This document shows positions 1 to 11,218 of a stretch of DNA of 64,000 nucleotides, piece after piece (within the stretch, counting starts at the first letter, position 1; the number at the start of each line of letters is the position of its first letter). The stretch covers positions 1,674,001-1,738,000 of the forward strand of contig OX337241.1 of NCBI GenBank assembly GCA_946965045.2. Direction: 5' to 3'. This DNA is from Epithemia pelagica. Lineage: Eukaryota > Protista > Bacillariophyta. Both the position numbers and the translations under genes were made by a program. Below the pieces are notes generated by a model. It ran no database searches, was not told the DNA's origin, and was given only the letters and a program-made list of their open reading frames with translations.

Positions 1-1
1 A

Positions 2-322
2 AAGGGAAGGAACAATAATGGCCGTAATAATAAGAAGAATGAAGACAAGGAAAAGGAGGAGTTAACGGACCGCTACTATACGCCAAAGGAATGGTCGAAG
101 TTGAGTGGGCCAGAGCGCCAACGCGTTCGTGATGTGCGTGAAGAACGCGATAAAAGGAGAGGAGTAGCATCCGTTACGAGTCAATCCCGAAAGAAGGCAA
201 AGAAAGATGCACAGAATAATGACACTCCCGATGTCTCCGAAGAGTCCTCTGACGAATCTAGCAGAGGCATTGGCGCAATCATGAGCCAGCGCAAGAAGAA
301 ACGAAACTCTGAAAATTTGTGA
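2..322 (+). pseudogene. Gag C-terminal part of the Copia element, ending in an in-frame TGA
   Basis: Frame 2 reads DRYYTPKEWSKLSGPERQRVR, a motif resembling CoDi gag tails. TGA at 320-322 is in frame with the downstream PR-IN ORF starting at 338. Confidence 0.7.
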
Positions 323-337
323 CTATCGCTCCAGTCG

Positions 338-2086
338 ATGTCAACGACCAAGCCCAACGAAATTATAGTACCAACCTTCATGTGCGAGCTAGACTCACAT
401 GCCGACACATGTTGTCTTGGCCGAGGCTGTCACGTTCTGTATCAGACTGACACTGCCGATGTCAGTGGTTTCACGGAAACACTGGGAAAATTGAATGAGA
501 CCCCAGTCATCACAGGTGTCCTTGCCTATGATGACCCTGAGAGCGGGGCAACCTTCTTGCTCTATTTCCACCAAGCGCTGTACCTCCCTCAGATGGATCG
601 TTGTCTTTTAAATCCCAATCAGATGAGAGAGGCCGGTGTTCAAGTAAATGACGTCCCTTTGATGTTCCTCGCAACAGCGGAACGAAACGATAGGGCTCAT
701 GCGATTGTTGCTAAAGACTCAGAAGAAAATGAACTCGTGATCCCAATGGACTTGCGTGGCATCATCAGTCAGTTCAAAGTGAGAAAGCCGACTGCACATG
801 AGATAGAAAATACGGACTCGTGCTATCGGATCGACATGACCAACGCAACACCCGAATGGCGACCGAATGACTCAGCAACAGAATACGATGCTGATGAAAG
901 AAAGCTTCGGGATGCGATTGTGCATGACACGATAAGGAAGAGACCTTCAAGGGATCTTCAAGTTGATTCTCTGCGTTCAATAAGAAGGATCAATGGCCGC
1001 ACCATCACCATCGCCAAGACCATGCATAGTCGAAAGGGGACCGTACAGCCACAAGATTTAGCCACACGATGGAATATTGGGCTAAAGACTGCGGAGCGCA
1101 CGTTTGAGGAAACGACACAGCTGGGTGTGCGTGACTTCAACGAGCATGGTGGTTTCAAGCGTCTGAAACATACTGCCTACCAACTCAGGCACCGTCGTCT
1201 GCGTGCAGACGTGTATACCAATACCTTATTTGCTGAAACAAAATCCTTGGATCAACATACATGCGGCCAAATCTTCGCGACTGACTTTGGATGGGTGCAT
1301 TTCGTCCCAATGCGCAAGCGAAGTGAGGCACCCTCAACTCTTCCTCCTCTTTTTGACGAATATGGGATATTTAATCATATTGTCCCCGACAACGCTCCGG
1401 AGTTAACCTCCTTGGAGTTCAAACGTGTTGCGTCCAAGTATGGGTGTCGTCTCAAGCCAGTGGAGGCTTGGACCCCCAATCAAAACCTCGCCGAAGCTAA
1501 TATACGCGAGTTGAAGCGAATCTATCGGCGAGAGATGCGTCAAAGCAATGCGCCAGCAGTTTTGTGGGATCACTGCCTTATGCTAGTGGCGGAAAGAAGG
1601 TCACATACATCGCAAGCAAATGGGAATCCGCCTCTAATTCAAATCCTTACTGGAGATACTCCCGATATATCGCACTTAATCGAACACAAGTGGTACGATT
1701 TTGTATGGTACAGCAACCCCGGGTTTGAAGGGCGCAAGCTTGGGAGATGGCTTGGCCCCAGCCATTCTGTCGGTCAGGCCATGTGTGCCAAAATACTGAC
1801 GGAGAAGGGCAAGATCGTCCATCGAACGTCCGTCTGGCCCATTGCCAGGGCAATGCAAAATGACGAAGCCTTTCGAGAACAACGTGAGCAATTTACATCG
1901 AATCTTGGAGAAGCACTCGGTGCGAGAATGGCAGGCATCCCCGCTGAAGACGACGATGAGCCCAAGGAGGCTGATACCCCTCTATATGAGCCATACGAGG
2001 ACGATGAGCAAGCTGATGTCTCCATGCCGGAAGCTGACCATTATGCTCCGGATTCCTATGACAAATTGATAAGCGCATTGAAATGA
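338..2086 (+). pseudogene. Copia protease + integrase, truncated before RT
   Basis: PR motif LDSHADT; IN core VPDNAPE and QNLAEANIRELK. The first catalytic Asp position reads N (YTNTLF, codon AAT at 1220-1222). The ORF ends at YDKLISALK*, where the IN-RT linker would normally continue. Confidence 0.85.
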
Positions 2087-2367
2087 TACGTGGTTTACGC
2101 TATAAACTACGGATGATGGGAATACCACTCGATGGACACACACACGTCCGGTGTGATAACATGTCGGTGGTATCCAATAGCTCGAAGCCCGAATCGACGT
2201 TGAAGAAGAAATCAAACGCTGTTGCATACCATTATGTTCGCGAGAACGTGGCGAATGGTGTATGTCGGATTGCCTATGAGCCATCCACAACCAATCTGGC
2301 TGATCTCCTGACGAAAATCCAAACAGGGCCAGAACGAACAAGACTTGCCGGAATGATCTTGTTTTGA
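2083..2367 (+). pseudogene. Copia RNase H C-terminal fragment
   Basis: MIRGLRYKLRMMGIP..CDNMSVV..STLKKK..AYHYVRE..NLADLLTK, a typical Copia RH tail. Confidence 0.9.
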
Positions 2368-2506
2368 GTACGTTTCCCGCCGCCTAGCAAGGGTCAGGGT
2401 ACGTCCTGCACTCATATGAGTCTCTAAAGCAGGTATATGTTGTATGAAGAAACGAAATGAATGATAGAATGTGCACAATTCACTCGACGAAAAGCAACGA
2501 GAAATT

Positions 2507-2516
2507 GTGAGGGGAC
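2507..2516 (+). other. Candidate polypurine tract of the left Copia element
   Basis: GTGAGGGGAC about 140 nt after the RH stop; the LTR beyond it cannot be verified because the 5' LTR is outside the window. Confidence 0.4.
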
Positions 2517-3075
2517 CAAGAAGCGCGACCGATATTGAGCGAATTTTAAGCGAGTAGCTAACCCCGACGGTCTAGGTCTCACTTGTAGAATTTTCCTCTT
2601 TGAACGATGGCGTAATTTGCATGCACTTCGCGTTCATTGGCTGGGGGTTCGAGTTCGCCTCCAGTTATTTCTTAATTAAGCCCTAGTATCTTTTTTATGT
2701 GCTCCGCCATTCGTATGCTAGCTCGAAGGGACGTCTCACGTCTCGTAGTTCTGCTGGGAGACACGAACCGTGGGTTTTGGTTGGGCATGATCGAGAAGGG
2801 AACCGCGACTTCCACGGCGTTCAACACGACCCAACGTGAGCTACAAAACCATCTCAAACCACTGGGGCAAAGGCTCTACCGGCTATCCCGCCTGGTTTTT
2901 ATCGTCACGAGGTGAAGACCCGATCGATCATCGTCTCTCGAAGTGCCTTTCTCGTGGTACTCGTCCATCTCCCTTGTTTCTTTCCTTTTTGTGTTTCTCT
3001 CTGTCGGTGTGCATGCAGGAGCCAACGCTGTGACTTTTTGACACACACACTCTTTCTCTACTCTAGTAGAGAAGA

Positions 3076-4476
3076 ATGGCGGCAACCGTGACCCGAAAGA
3101 GGGTTGATTCGGTGTTGGCAACATTTGAAGCCAAGAATGAAGAGAATCGTGCCAGCAACGATCGACTGTCGTCCCCTCCGAGAGGAGGAGGTCGACGGCC
3201 CAGCCCCGTGAAAAGTCGTTCGTCGCAGCGAAAATCATCCAACCCCATGTGGAGCAGTGCGTCGTCTCTACAATTCTTGGACGAGGAAGAACGAAAACGC
3301 ATCAAGAGCAGCAGTCGCAAGGGACTGTCGGCGAGCAGTGCCAGTTTGAACATGGACTCGCTTTCGCCCTCGGCTCTTACTGGATCATCTCCGCAATCTA
3401 CACACAGTACTAGTCGAAGGAGAAAATTGGGAAAAGGCAGCAACAAAGTTGTCTCGGCCATTTCGAATCCTCCCTTGGACGCCAATTCCAATTCCGTCTC
3501 GCCAACCTCGAAACGAAGAGATCAGGTTGCTCCAGGAAACACTTCTCCCAAGAGAACCTCCCATCCAAAGTCATTTCGCGGCACGGAAAATTCAGAAGCG
3601 TCGGCTGCCGTAACAGGGTCGAGCTATGCTCCACCGTGGCTCTCTTCTCATGCATCACCTGATGATGAGACTGATTCAGCCATGTCCCCTCCAGCAAGTC
3701 TCACAGATAAGCTCTTCCAGGTTAAGGCCAACAATAATTCTCCTGGTGGTACCATTGAGACACAATCCATCACATCGGCATCCGAAGCTTCGTCGTCGGT
3801 GAGTTCCTTGAAAAAGAAGTTTTCGTCACCACGAAGGGCAAGGTCTACGGAACATGACCTTTCGGGAGGGCGGCCAAGACATCGAGGGAAATCCTTGGAA
3901 CGAAGCAAAAGTAAAAGGTCCGTGAAGGACGATCGCCATAATTCTTTTTCTTCTCGATCTGCTCGAAGCAGCTACCTCATGCCATCGGAGGTCGGAGAAG
4001 GAAAGGTTCTTGCTGCTGAGCAACAGCGACTTTCTTCCAGTATGAGGTCTTTTTCCAGTGAGAAATCGGACGGCGAGAATTCCACTTCCTCCTTGGCCTC
4101 TTCCAACTCGGTGGTCAAATCGCCCTCACGGAGGAAACGACGGTCTTTGAAAATTGGATCCGATCAAATCAAGAAGCTAGTGGGAGACTTTGACGGTGAT
4201 CTCAAACGTGGACATTCCTCTCAATCCGTGGGTGAATCTTCCTCACGGTCCGTCAAGAAAAGTTCCTCGTCGGAACGTTCGGAACGGACCGCCTTGAGCA
4301 GTACTAGTAACACACCCGATGCCGGGACGGACACTGGCACTGCTGCACGAGTATCACGACAAAAATTATCTCGAAAACAACCATCCGATGGACGACTGAC
4401 AGTCAATGAGGGTGGTGGTGCCTCCAAGGACCGCTTGGCGCGGCTTGTGAGGACCATCTCCACTCCATCGGTAGTC

Positions 4477-4522
<46 letters not shown>

Positions 4523-7500
4523 ACCGTCGATCGTCTCTGACCACCACTACAGCATCGTCGTCCTACAACAATGACGATTCTCAACGGTCGACTCGCAGTC
4601 TCAGCAGTCGTCGCCTATCGTACACTGAAAACACGGGCAAGGAAGACGATGTGATTGCGACTGCTACGACTCCCAAACAACGACGACGCTTTTCCGAGAA
4701 ATCAGCTGTGGCATGGTCCGTCTCTGTGGGGGGCTCCCGTCGGTCCTTGGAGGGTCCAGTAGTGGTAGTAGCAGCAGCCTCACAACAAGGCCCGAAACGG
4801 GATGGCATGACACCGGAACTGAGAAGACATCTTTCGTCGAGATCCATCGGAAGCGTACACTCGGAGGGGTCCTCTGTGTCATCCAAATCCCGATCCTCCC
4901 GATCGGTACGAGACGAGCCAAAGTCGCCATCCAAGAGAAAAGGCTCCATTTCTAGTCTTCGGGCGGCTGTGGATGCTTCAGATGACAATAGTAGTGCATC
5001 TTCCAAGGGAGAAACGTCCAACAACAATGTCGAATCAAGCGTTCCCCGTCGTAGGCATATATTACGAAACTCGAGTGCTCATGGATTGGATCCTCTTCAG
5101 GAGACGGGTGAATCTGGAGACGAGAGTGATACAATCGCGACAAGCGAATATCACAAGACCGCGGCAGCAGCCACGGGGAACCCCCACCAGCACGACCATT
5201 CCGATCGTGCTTTGGTCGTGTCTGCGGTAAACCATTCACCTCAACGAAAGCGAAGGTCCATGGATGGCTCCATCACCAAGAGAGATGGCCGCGATTGTGA
5301 TATGGAGGCAGAAATGAAGGCATTCAACAAGTTCCGACAGGGTTCCTTCTCTAGTGGTGAAGAATCGCCAAGCCCACAAAAAGAAAAATCAAAATCAAGT
5401 TCTTCTCGCAAAAAAGACAGTCTGCCAAAAACTGCCGTCGACCCAAAGCCTATGGAAGATAGTATGGTTAACAATCCTTCCCCGTACAGCACAACAACAA
5501 CGAGCTCTCCAAGACGGCGAAAAAAGAGGACAACTGAGATAACACCAGGCAGTGTAAATTCAACAGACAGCGTCGACGGATCGGTGCAACATCAATCCAT
5601 CAAATCCGATGACTCAGCGTCGGTTCGATCTCAGCCATCACTTGTGGAGGTAGGGGTGAAGTCATCGATCGCTTCTCCATCTGATGATTCGTCCTCCGTT
5701 AAGAGTCATCGATCGCTAGCGTACGAGCAAAACCCCGAATCAGCTACCGCCGTTCCTTCGTATGATGCATCGTCGGTCAGGTCTGGTCAATCGATTGTGG
5801 AAGTTCATCAGAAACCCAAATCAACGACCGTGCCTACTGAGGATCCTCCACCCGAGAGCGAAGACGATGAATCTGTAACCACGTTTACAACCTATTCAAC
5901 TGTTTCCACTTATCAATCGGACCTTGGTCCCAGACAAGTTGAGGCTGTTGGTAACATGCGCCTTTCAGGGATGGAGCGTGTTTCTTCGGATTCCTATCAC
6001 ATGTCTGGAGCTTACCAAGTACCCTATGGTTACCAGCCGACAAGGTCAAATTCGACGAGTGACCAAAACTCTGAAAAAGGTCGACCGGGCATCTCGCGTC
6101 AACCTTCTCGCAGTGGACGCTCCTTGAAACCTGCTACAGGTCAAGTCGATGGAGATGAAAGTGTGACGGATGAACGAAGTGTGACTAGGTCTTCATCTTC
6201 ACGAGGAGTCGCTCGCAAGGTGATCAAAACCAAGCTAAGGAAATCATCAAGCGGGGCACTCGTGCCGGTCAGTCCCAAAAAGACACCCAAAATTCGTTCC
6301 ACTCAACAGCTGCTTGCCGGAAAAGTGGCCAGTAGTGATGGCAAGGCAATTTCTCCTGCAGAAAAGTTTGGAATCCAGCTATCTCCGACCAAGTTGACTC
6401 GTTCCAACTCACGCGTGAAGTTGGTGAGAGATAGCTCAGACAGCGCGGCTTTTGATATGGTGAAGAGTCGGATTGAGTCCAACGATTCACTTTGGTCTTC
6501 AACGTCATTTACCACGAAAACAAAAATGAAGAGAAGACTGTCGAATCCGCGACCCGAGGCTCTTGCAAAAACCAAGATGGTTAGTCCTCATGATTTGAAC
6601 GTGAAGAAGACGGAGATTCTCGCGAGAGGTATTCGAAGACGGTTGTCAAACGGAGGCGATCAAGAGATCCCACGAGTACGTCGACCAAGTATGGGGCACA
6701 AGAAATACATTCCAACTCCAAAAGAAGCCGAACCAGAAACGGCGGGGCGAGTCCTCAGTCACGTGCAAAAGTATGAAACCCTATGGAAACGTACAAACGT
6801 CACCATTGATGAAAGCGCATTCACATCTCCCAAACCTCCGACACCGGGACGAAAGGTAATTTATAAACTCGAGACCAGAGGTCCCGGTAAACGGCGTGTA
6901 TGGCGACGAACCAGTTGCTCTGGATCCGCTGCCATTGACGCTCCATCAAGGGGTATCCGTCGAGTTGCTTCCCTGTCCAAATTGGCCGAGACCAAGCTGG
7001 ACCCCAGCTTTGTCAGTAAGCACAAGAGTATTCTCGAGTCGCACAGGAGGATGGCTGCATGTCGCATTCAGGGTCTATTCCGAGGTTGTTTGCAGCGGTT
7101 GCATAACAAACGAGCCAAGGACAAATCATCGGAGCAACTTACCCTCCTGTCAACTTCTAGTCACCACCGCAGGGAACAACAATCGAGGGATAGACGAGCC
7201 ATGCTTCGCCGTACCATGTCCTACCGCCGTAGTACAACCATACGCGCTGACTTTGTTAGACAACACACTCCTCTCAAGCTTATCCACGAGGATAAGGAAG
7301 CCACTCGGATCCAAGCAATGGTTCGAGGGAAAATGCAGCGTCTACGGTACAGGGTCATGTATTTGGAAAACAAGTTGAAAACAATCAACAAAGACAAGAA
7401 AACAGAAGTAGCGAGCATACAACATGATACCGCCAAGGCCATTCGCAAGCTCGAACGAAAGCGAGCAAAGCAACTCAAGAAAGAGGAAAAGGAGAGAGCG

Positions 7501-8772
7501 CTGATTGTGGAGAGAGCAGAGCTTGCCCGGAAATTGTCGGAGCAGTTGATTCGTGATAACAAGAAAATCAAAGAGCAAAACGATCGCCTTCAGTACTTTA
7601 TTGACCACTTGAAGGACGTGAATGCGCAATATGAGAAGCGTATTGCTGCACACCTAAAGAATTGTGTGACCATGTCTATGCATGTCAAGAAGATGCAAGC
7701 CAAACGAGACAATCTGGTTAGCAAGAATGAACGGTTTAAAGCGCACCTGACCAAGCTGAAAGGAAACTTGTTGACGGGTCTTCACCTCACGAATTGGGAA
7801 ACCAGACATGCCACCAATTTCGAACGAGTTTCGAGGGAGATCATTGAAACGATGGAGAAGCGCTCCAGTGACCACAAATTGGTGGAGACTTTGAAGCGAA
7901 TCAAAGCAGGCACATACAACGAAGAAGAGGAACAAGCAGAAGAGGACGCTCTCTATGAAGAGGTCACTGAAGTAGAGGAGGAAGCAATAGAGGAGGAAGC
8001 AATACAGCCTTGCGCCACTGAACCATCGGCAGATGAAGCAGTCGTAGTTGACCCATCTGCTGATGAAAGAGGCGTTGTTGAGCAAGAACATGAACTAGTG
8101 GATGGTGAAAGAACAGAACATGAGGAAGATATAGCCTCAAAGAATGTGCTAGAAGAAGCTGGAGCAGTGATAGATGAAATGGAGGTGGAGGAAGTGGAAG
8201 AGGTTGAAGAGGAAGAGGAAGAGGAGGAGGAAGAAGCAGAGGCAGGCAACACCGAAGAAGAAGGATTCCTGTTAACACTCTGTGCGGATGACGTCTCGGA
8301 GGCATCGGATATATCAGATGTGTCGGCATTGAACGACTCGTTTAATGGAGGGCTCAACATCTCTGACTACATTGATGAGATTGAAGAAGATGAGGAATTG
8401 TTCAAGAAGAGCAAGGCTCTTTTGGAGGAACGCTATCTGGAGGACGAGAAACCGAAACCACGCCCCAGCAGCGACCCAGAACAGCGCAATACTCGAAGCA
8501 TTGAGGGAACCAGACTCCTTGGCCAAAACGGTGATGAAGAGGACAACGAAGACGGAACACTGGTCGAAGTCGTTGATGAAGATGGCAATGTCCTTCATCA
8601 GGAAAAGCAACAGTCAGAGAAAGGAAACACGAATATGGACGATGAAGAATACGATGACTTTGAGTACGAAGAAATCATTGTTGAAGATGATGACGACGAC
8701 GATGATGATGGTGACGACACTGGATACGACGACCAGTCGAGTATCTATGTTGCCCGCTCAATATTGATGTAG
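3076..8772 (+). CDS. Large (1898 aa) Ser-rich disordered protein with two IQ-like calmodulin-binding motifs, a coiled coil and an acidic tail
   Basis: Uninterrupted 5.7-kb ORF. IQ-like motifs RIQGLFRG (~7063) and RIQAMVRG (~7306) are followed by a heptad-rich K/E segment and an E/D-rich C-terminus. Confidence 0.8.
4477..4521 (+). repeat. (AAC)14+AAT coding microsatellite (poly-Asn x15)
   Basis: Read directly from the sequence; in frame within ORF 3076-8772. Confidence 0.95.
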
Positions 8773-9043
8773 AATAGTTCCAACTCAGTATGAACCACAC
8801 CTTTTGTTTTGTTTCACTACATGTCTGCTGATTGCCACTGACATGACCATATCAAAGAGTTGCCTCGAGCTTATTTTGTTCTCCACAGTTCCTCGATTTG
8901 AACCCTTTCCTTTCAAGCGAATGAGAGTACACTATCCGAAAACGTGCTTTGATCTCTGAACATTGGTGATGGAACAAATCTAGGGAGGCAGTTGCCTACG
9001 CTTGTCTCTTTTGTGCTAGAATAGGTCACACTTTTCTCTCTAA

Positions 9044-9751
9044 GGGGGTATGTTATCGGGCGCGCGGAGCATGGGCGGAGAATGGATATGGGGGGAGCAA
9101 TGCATGCTCCCCGATGCATGCTCCGCGCGTCGATATTTTCGGTGGGCGGATGTAGAGATGCGGAGCATGCGCGACGGGCGCGCTCAAAATCCCCGACCGT
9201 CACGGAAACGCGTATGGGTCGCCTTAAGTATGGAATCGAAAAGGAAAGAGAAGAGCAAATTCAGGAAGACGATGGAAAGCAAAGGGATGGTTTCCGGACA
9301 CAATAATCATTCCCTTTATAGACTACTTATCATTTAGAGTATCCATTGTATATTTCACCTGTTGTTCTGTTGGCCCTACGGGCTCATGATGGAAAGACAC
9401 GCCAATTTCCATGCTCTATGGAAACACAACCTCCTGGTGGATGGAAAAGACTCCGAAAGACCAAGGCAGCAACAGTTGACCAACTATATGTACTTGTCTA
9501 CAATACTAGTGCCTAGATAGACTCTGTCGTCTCTTTTGTCCATGATAAATCCATCATCGGAAGACTTCGACTGTTCGACGCATTGAGTGTGTGGTGTGTG
9601 GGCGAGTGATTTTGCTTCCAACCTTGCTCCACCCGCACTCTTCCTCCGCATGTAAATTTTGCGGAGGAAAGCTCTATATCCGGGTTGGATTGGCCTTTCT
9701 CCGCCCATATCATGCTCCGCACATGCTCCGCGCGCCCGATAACATACCCCC
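9044..9751. mobile_element. 708-bp non-autonomous TIR element (MITE), PIF/Harbinger-like
   Basis: Perfect 30-bp TIRs GGGGGTATGTTATCGGGCGCGCGGAGCATG (9044-9073 / 9722-9751), with TAA on both sides (9041-9043, 9752-9754). Subterminal CATGCTCCGC/GCGGAGCATG copies at both ends. No coding capacity. Confidence 0.9.
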
Positions 9752-9845
9752 TAAGGCGCATCAGGGTGGTAAAAAAAATTCGAGGCAAAAATCAAGATTC
9801 GAGTTTCGAGGTTGGTCTAATAGGTTATGAATAGGTTATGTGTAC

Positions 9846-9941
9846 CCTCGAATCTTGACCTCGACTTTTGACCGAGGCGCACTTTTGAAAATTTTTGGGC
9901 CAAAGTGCGCTCCGACCAAAAATCGAGGTCAAGATTCGAGG
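9846..9941. repeat. Subterminal imperfect hairpin of the large TIR element
   Basis: CCTCGAATCTTGACCTCGA (9846-9864) pairs with TCGAGGTCAAGATTCGAGG (9923-9941), and inner GCGCACTTT pairs with AAAGTGCGC. It reuses the TCGAG..AAGATTCGAG motif of the TIR. Confidence 0.8.
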
Positions 9942-10429
9942 TTGCTCCTCGTCCGAGGTTTCCTCAAAACTCCAAACATCATCCCTATCTCTTCTTGTTG
10001 TTGTCTTTGTTAAAATCAACACGAGAATCAAGAATCAACCACAATGAGTCTTCATGGAAAGTCCTCCCATGAAGACAATGTGATTGCTGAAGAAAGAGAT
10101 GAAGAGGAGAACCCAGCAACCACAAAATTTGTCTCGACAGAGTCGGAGCACCAATTTTACACGGAGAAAGTCAACCTTCTCCAGGACAAGAGGCGCTACC
10201 AAACAAGACCAGCAATCACAACCACCCACCAAGCAAAAAGAGTGGACGTCGAGGAGAAAGTGTGGTTCCTCGAAAGCAACCGGTGTTGTTGGCGCTGTGT
10301 ATTGGTTGCGGCGCGCTGCCATAAGTAATCGCAACGGCTGGAAGGTGCACCTTGGAGTGTGAACAACGGACTTGCTGGCAAAATTCTAGGAGTGTCCACC
10401 AGAGAGGGAGGTCAGGCATTGGCAGAGAG

Positions 10430-11145
10430 AGTTAAAGGTGGGTAAAAAGCTAACTCTAGACGATAGGGTTAGATACAGTAGTTTCTCTAGGTCAACCTAT
10501 ATGCACAATAGACGATGGGGCCCTCACCTTCTATCAGCGTAATAGGTCGACTTCTCCGTTACAAAACAAGTTTGGTTATCAAACTGGATGTTTATAAAGA
10601 AGTGAGATTAAACTAAAGATTGTGTTTCTCATCTTGAGATGGTTTGGCTCCTCTCGGATCGTTCGGCCATCATCCCCCAAAATCTAGTCGTACATGAGGA
10701 ACGTATTCCTTACTTCAGTGGACAAGTGCTATGGAGCTACGATTAGGGACTAATAGAACTTGTTCTACTCCATAGAGGAATGTGTTCCATCTTGGGTTGG
10801 ATCTCCTGTTGATGAAGATCAAGTTCTATTCTCAAGGATCACGTTCTTTTCTCGATCCTCGATTTATGTAGCCCTTACTTCCGAGTGTAGCTCGTCCAGC
10901 GTACATCTCTTCCGAATAGTAGAGGGCATAGGTATTCTTATTCACAAATTCCTGTTGCGGGTCCATCTGTCTGTTCAACGGCCTACTTCTATTTAAGTAC
11001 ACGTAATGAATCTTAGATACACGTCAAGGTTTTGTGTCACAGACAGCGGTTTGTAACAGATGTCTCAAACCTGAACGATAAGCTAGGTGTGCTAGCTGGA
11101 CTAGTTGATCGGATACAGACGTTGTAGAATAGCTATGTCTTAACT
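10430..11145 (-). repeat. 3' LTR (termini AGTT...AACT)
   Basis: Direct repeat of 20071-20786; begins AGTTAAAGG and ends GTCTTAACT on the + strand. Confidence 0.95.
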
Positions 11146-11154
11146 CTCCCTCTC
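11146..11154 (-). other. Polypurine tract
   Basis: GAGAGGGAG on the - strand immediately 5' of the 3' LTR. Confidence 0.75.
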
Positions 11155-11218
11155 ATGGAGTGATTTCTCAAATTGCGATATGCCTCGAGATGTCGGAGAG
11201 CAGAAAGAGAGAGAGGAG

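Larger units (their letters stand above)
1..2516 (+). mobile_element. Internally deleted Ty1/Copia (CoDi-like) LTR retrotransposon; 5' part lies outside the window
   Basis: Gag tail, protease (ELDSHADTCC), integrase and RNase H C-terminus are in Copia order, with no RT motifs between IN and RH. A GAGGGG purine tract follows at ~2509. The 3' LTR could not be delimited. Confidence 0.85.

Noticed and set aside
2641-2665. GGTTCGAGTTC B-box / T-arm-like motif suggesting a tRNA or SINE
   Set aside because: No A-box, D-arm or anticodon arm can be folded upstream; probably part of the Copia 3' LTR region.
2517-2700. 3' LTR of the left Copia element
   Set aside because: The partner LTR is outside the window and no clear terminal dinucleotides or TSD are visible, so boundaries cannot be supported.
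3063-8767. Many 60-160 aa ORFs antisense to or frame-shifted within the IQ protein gene
   Set aside because: Shadows of a low-complexity coding strand (poly-L/V/S from AAC/GAA repeats); no independent motifs.
10760-10996. 78-aa ORF repeated at 20401-20637
   Set aside because: Lies inside the LTRs, starts at TTG and is duplicated only because the LTR is.
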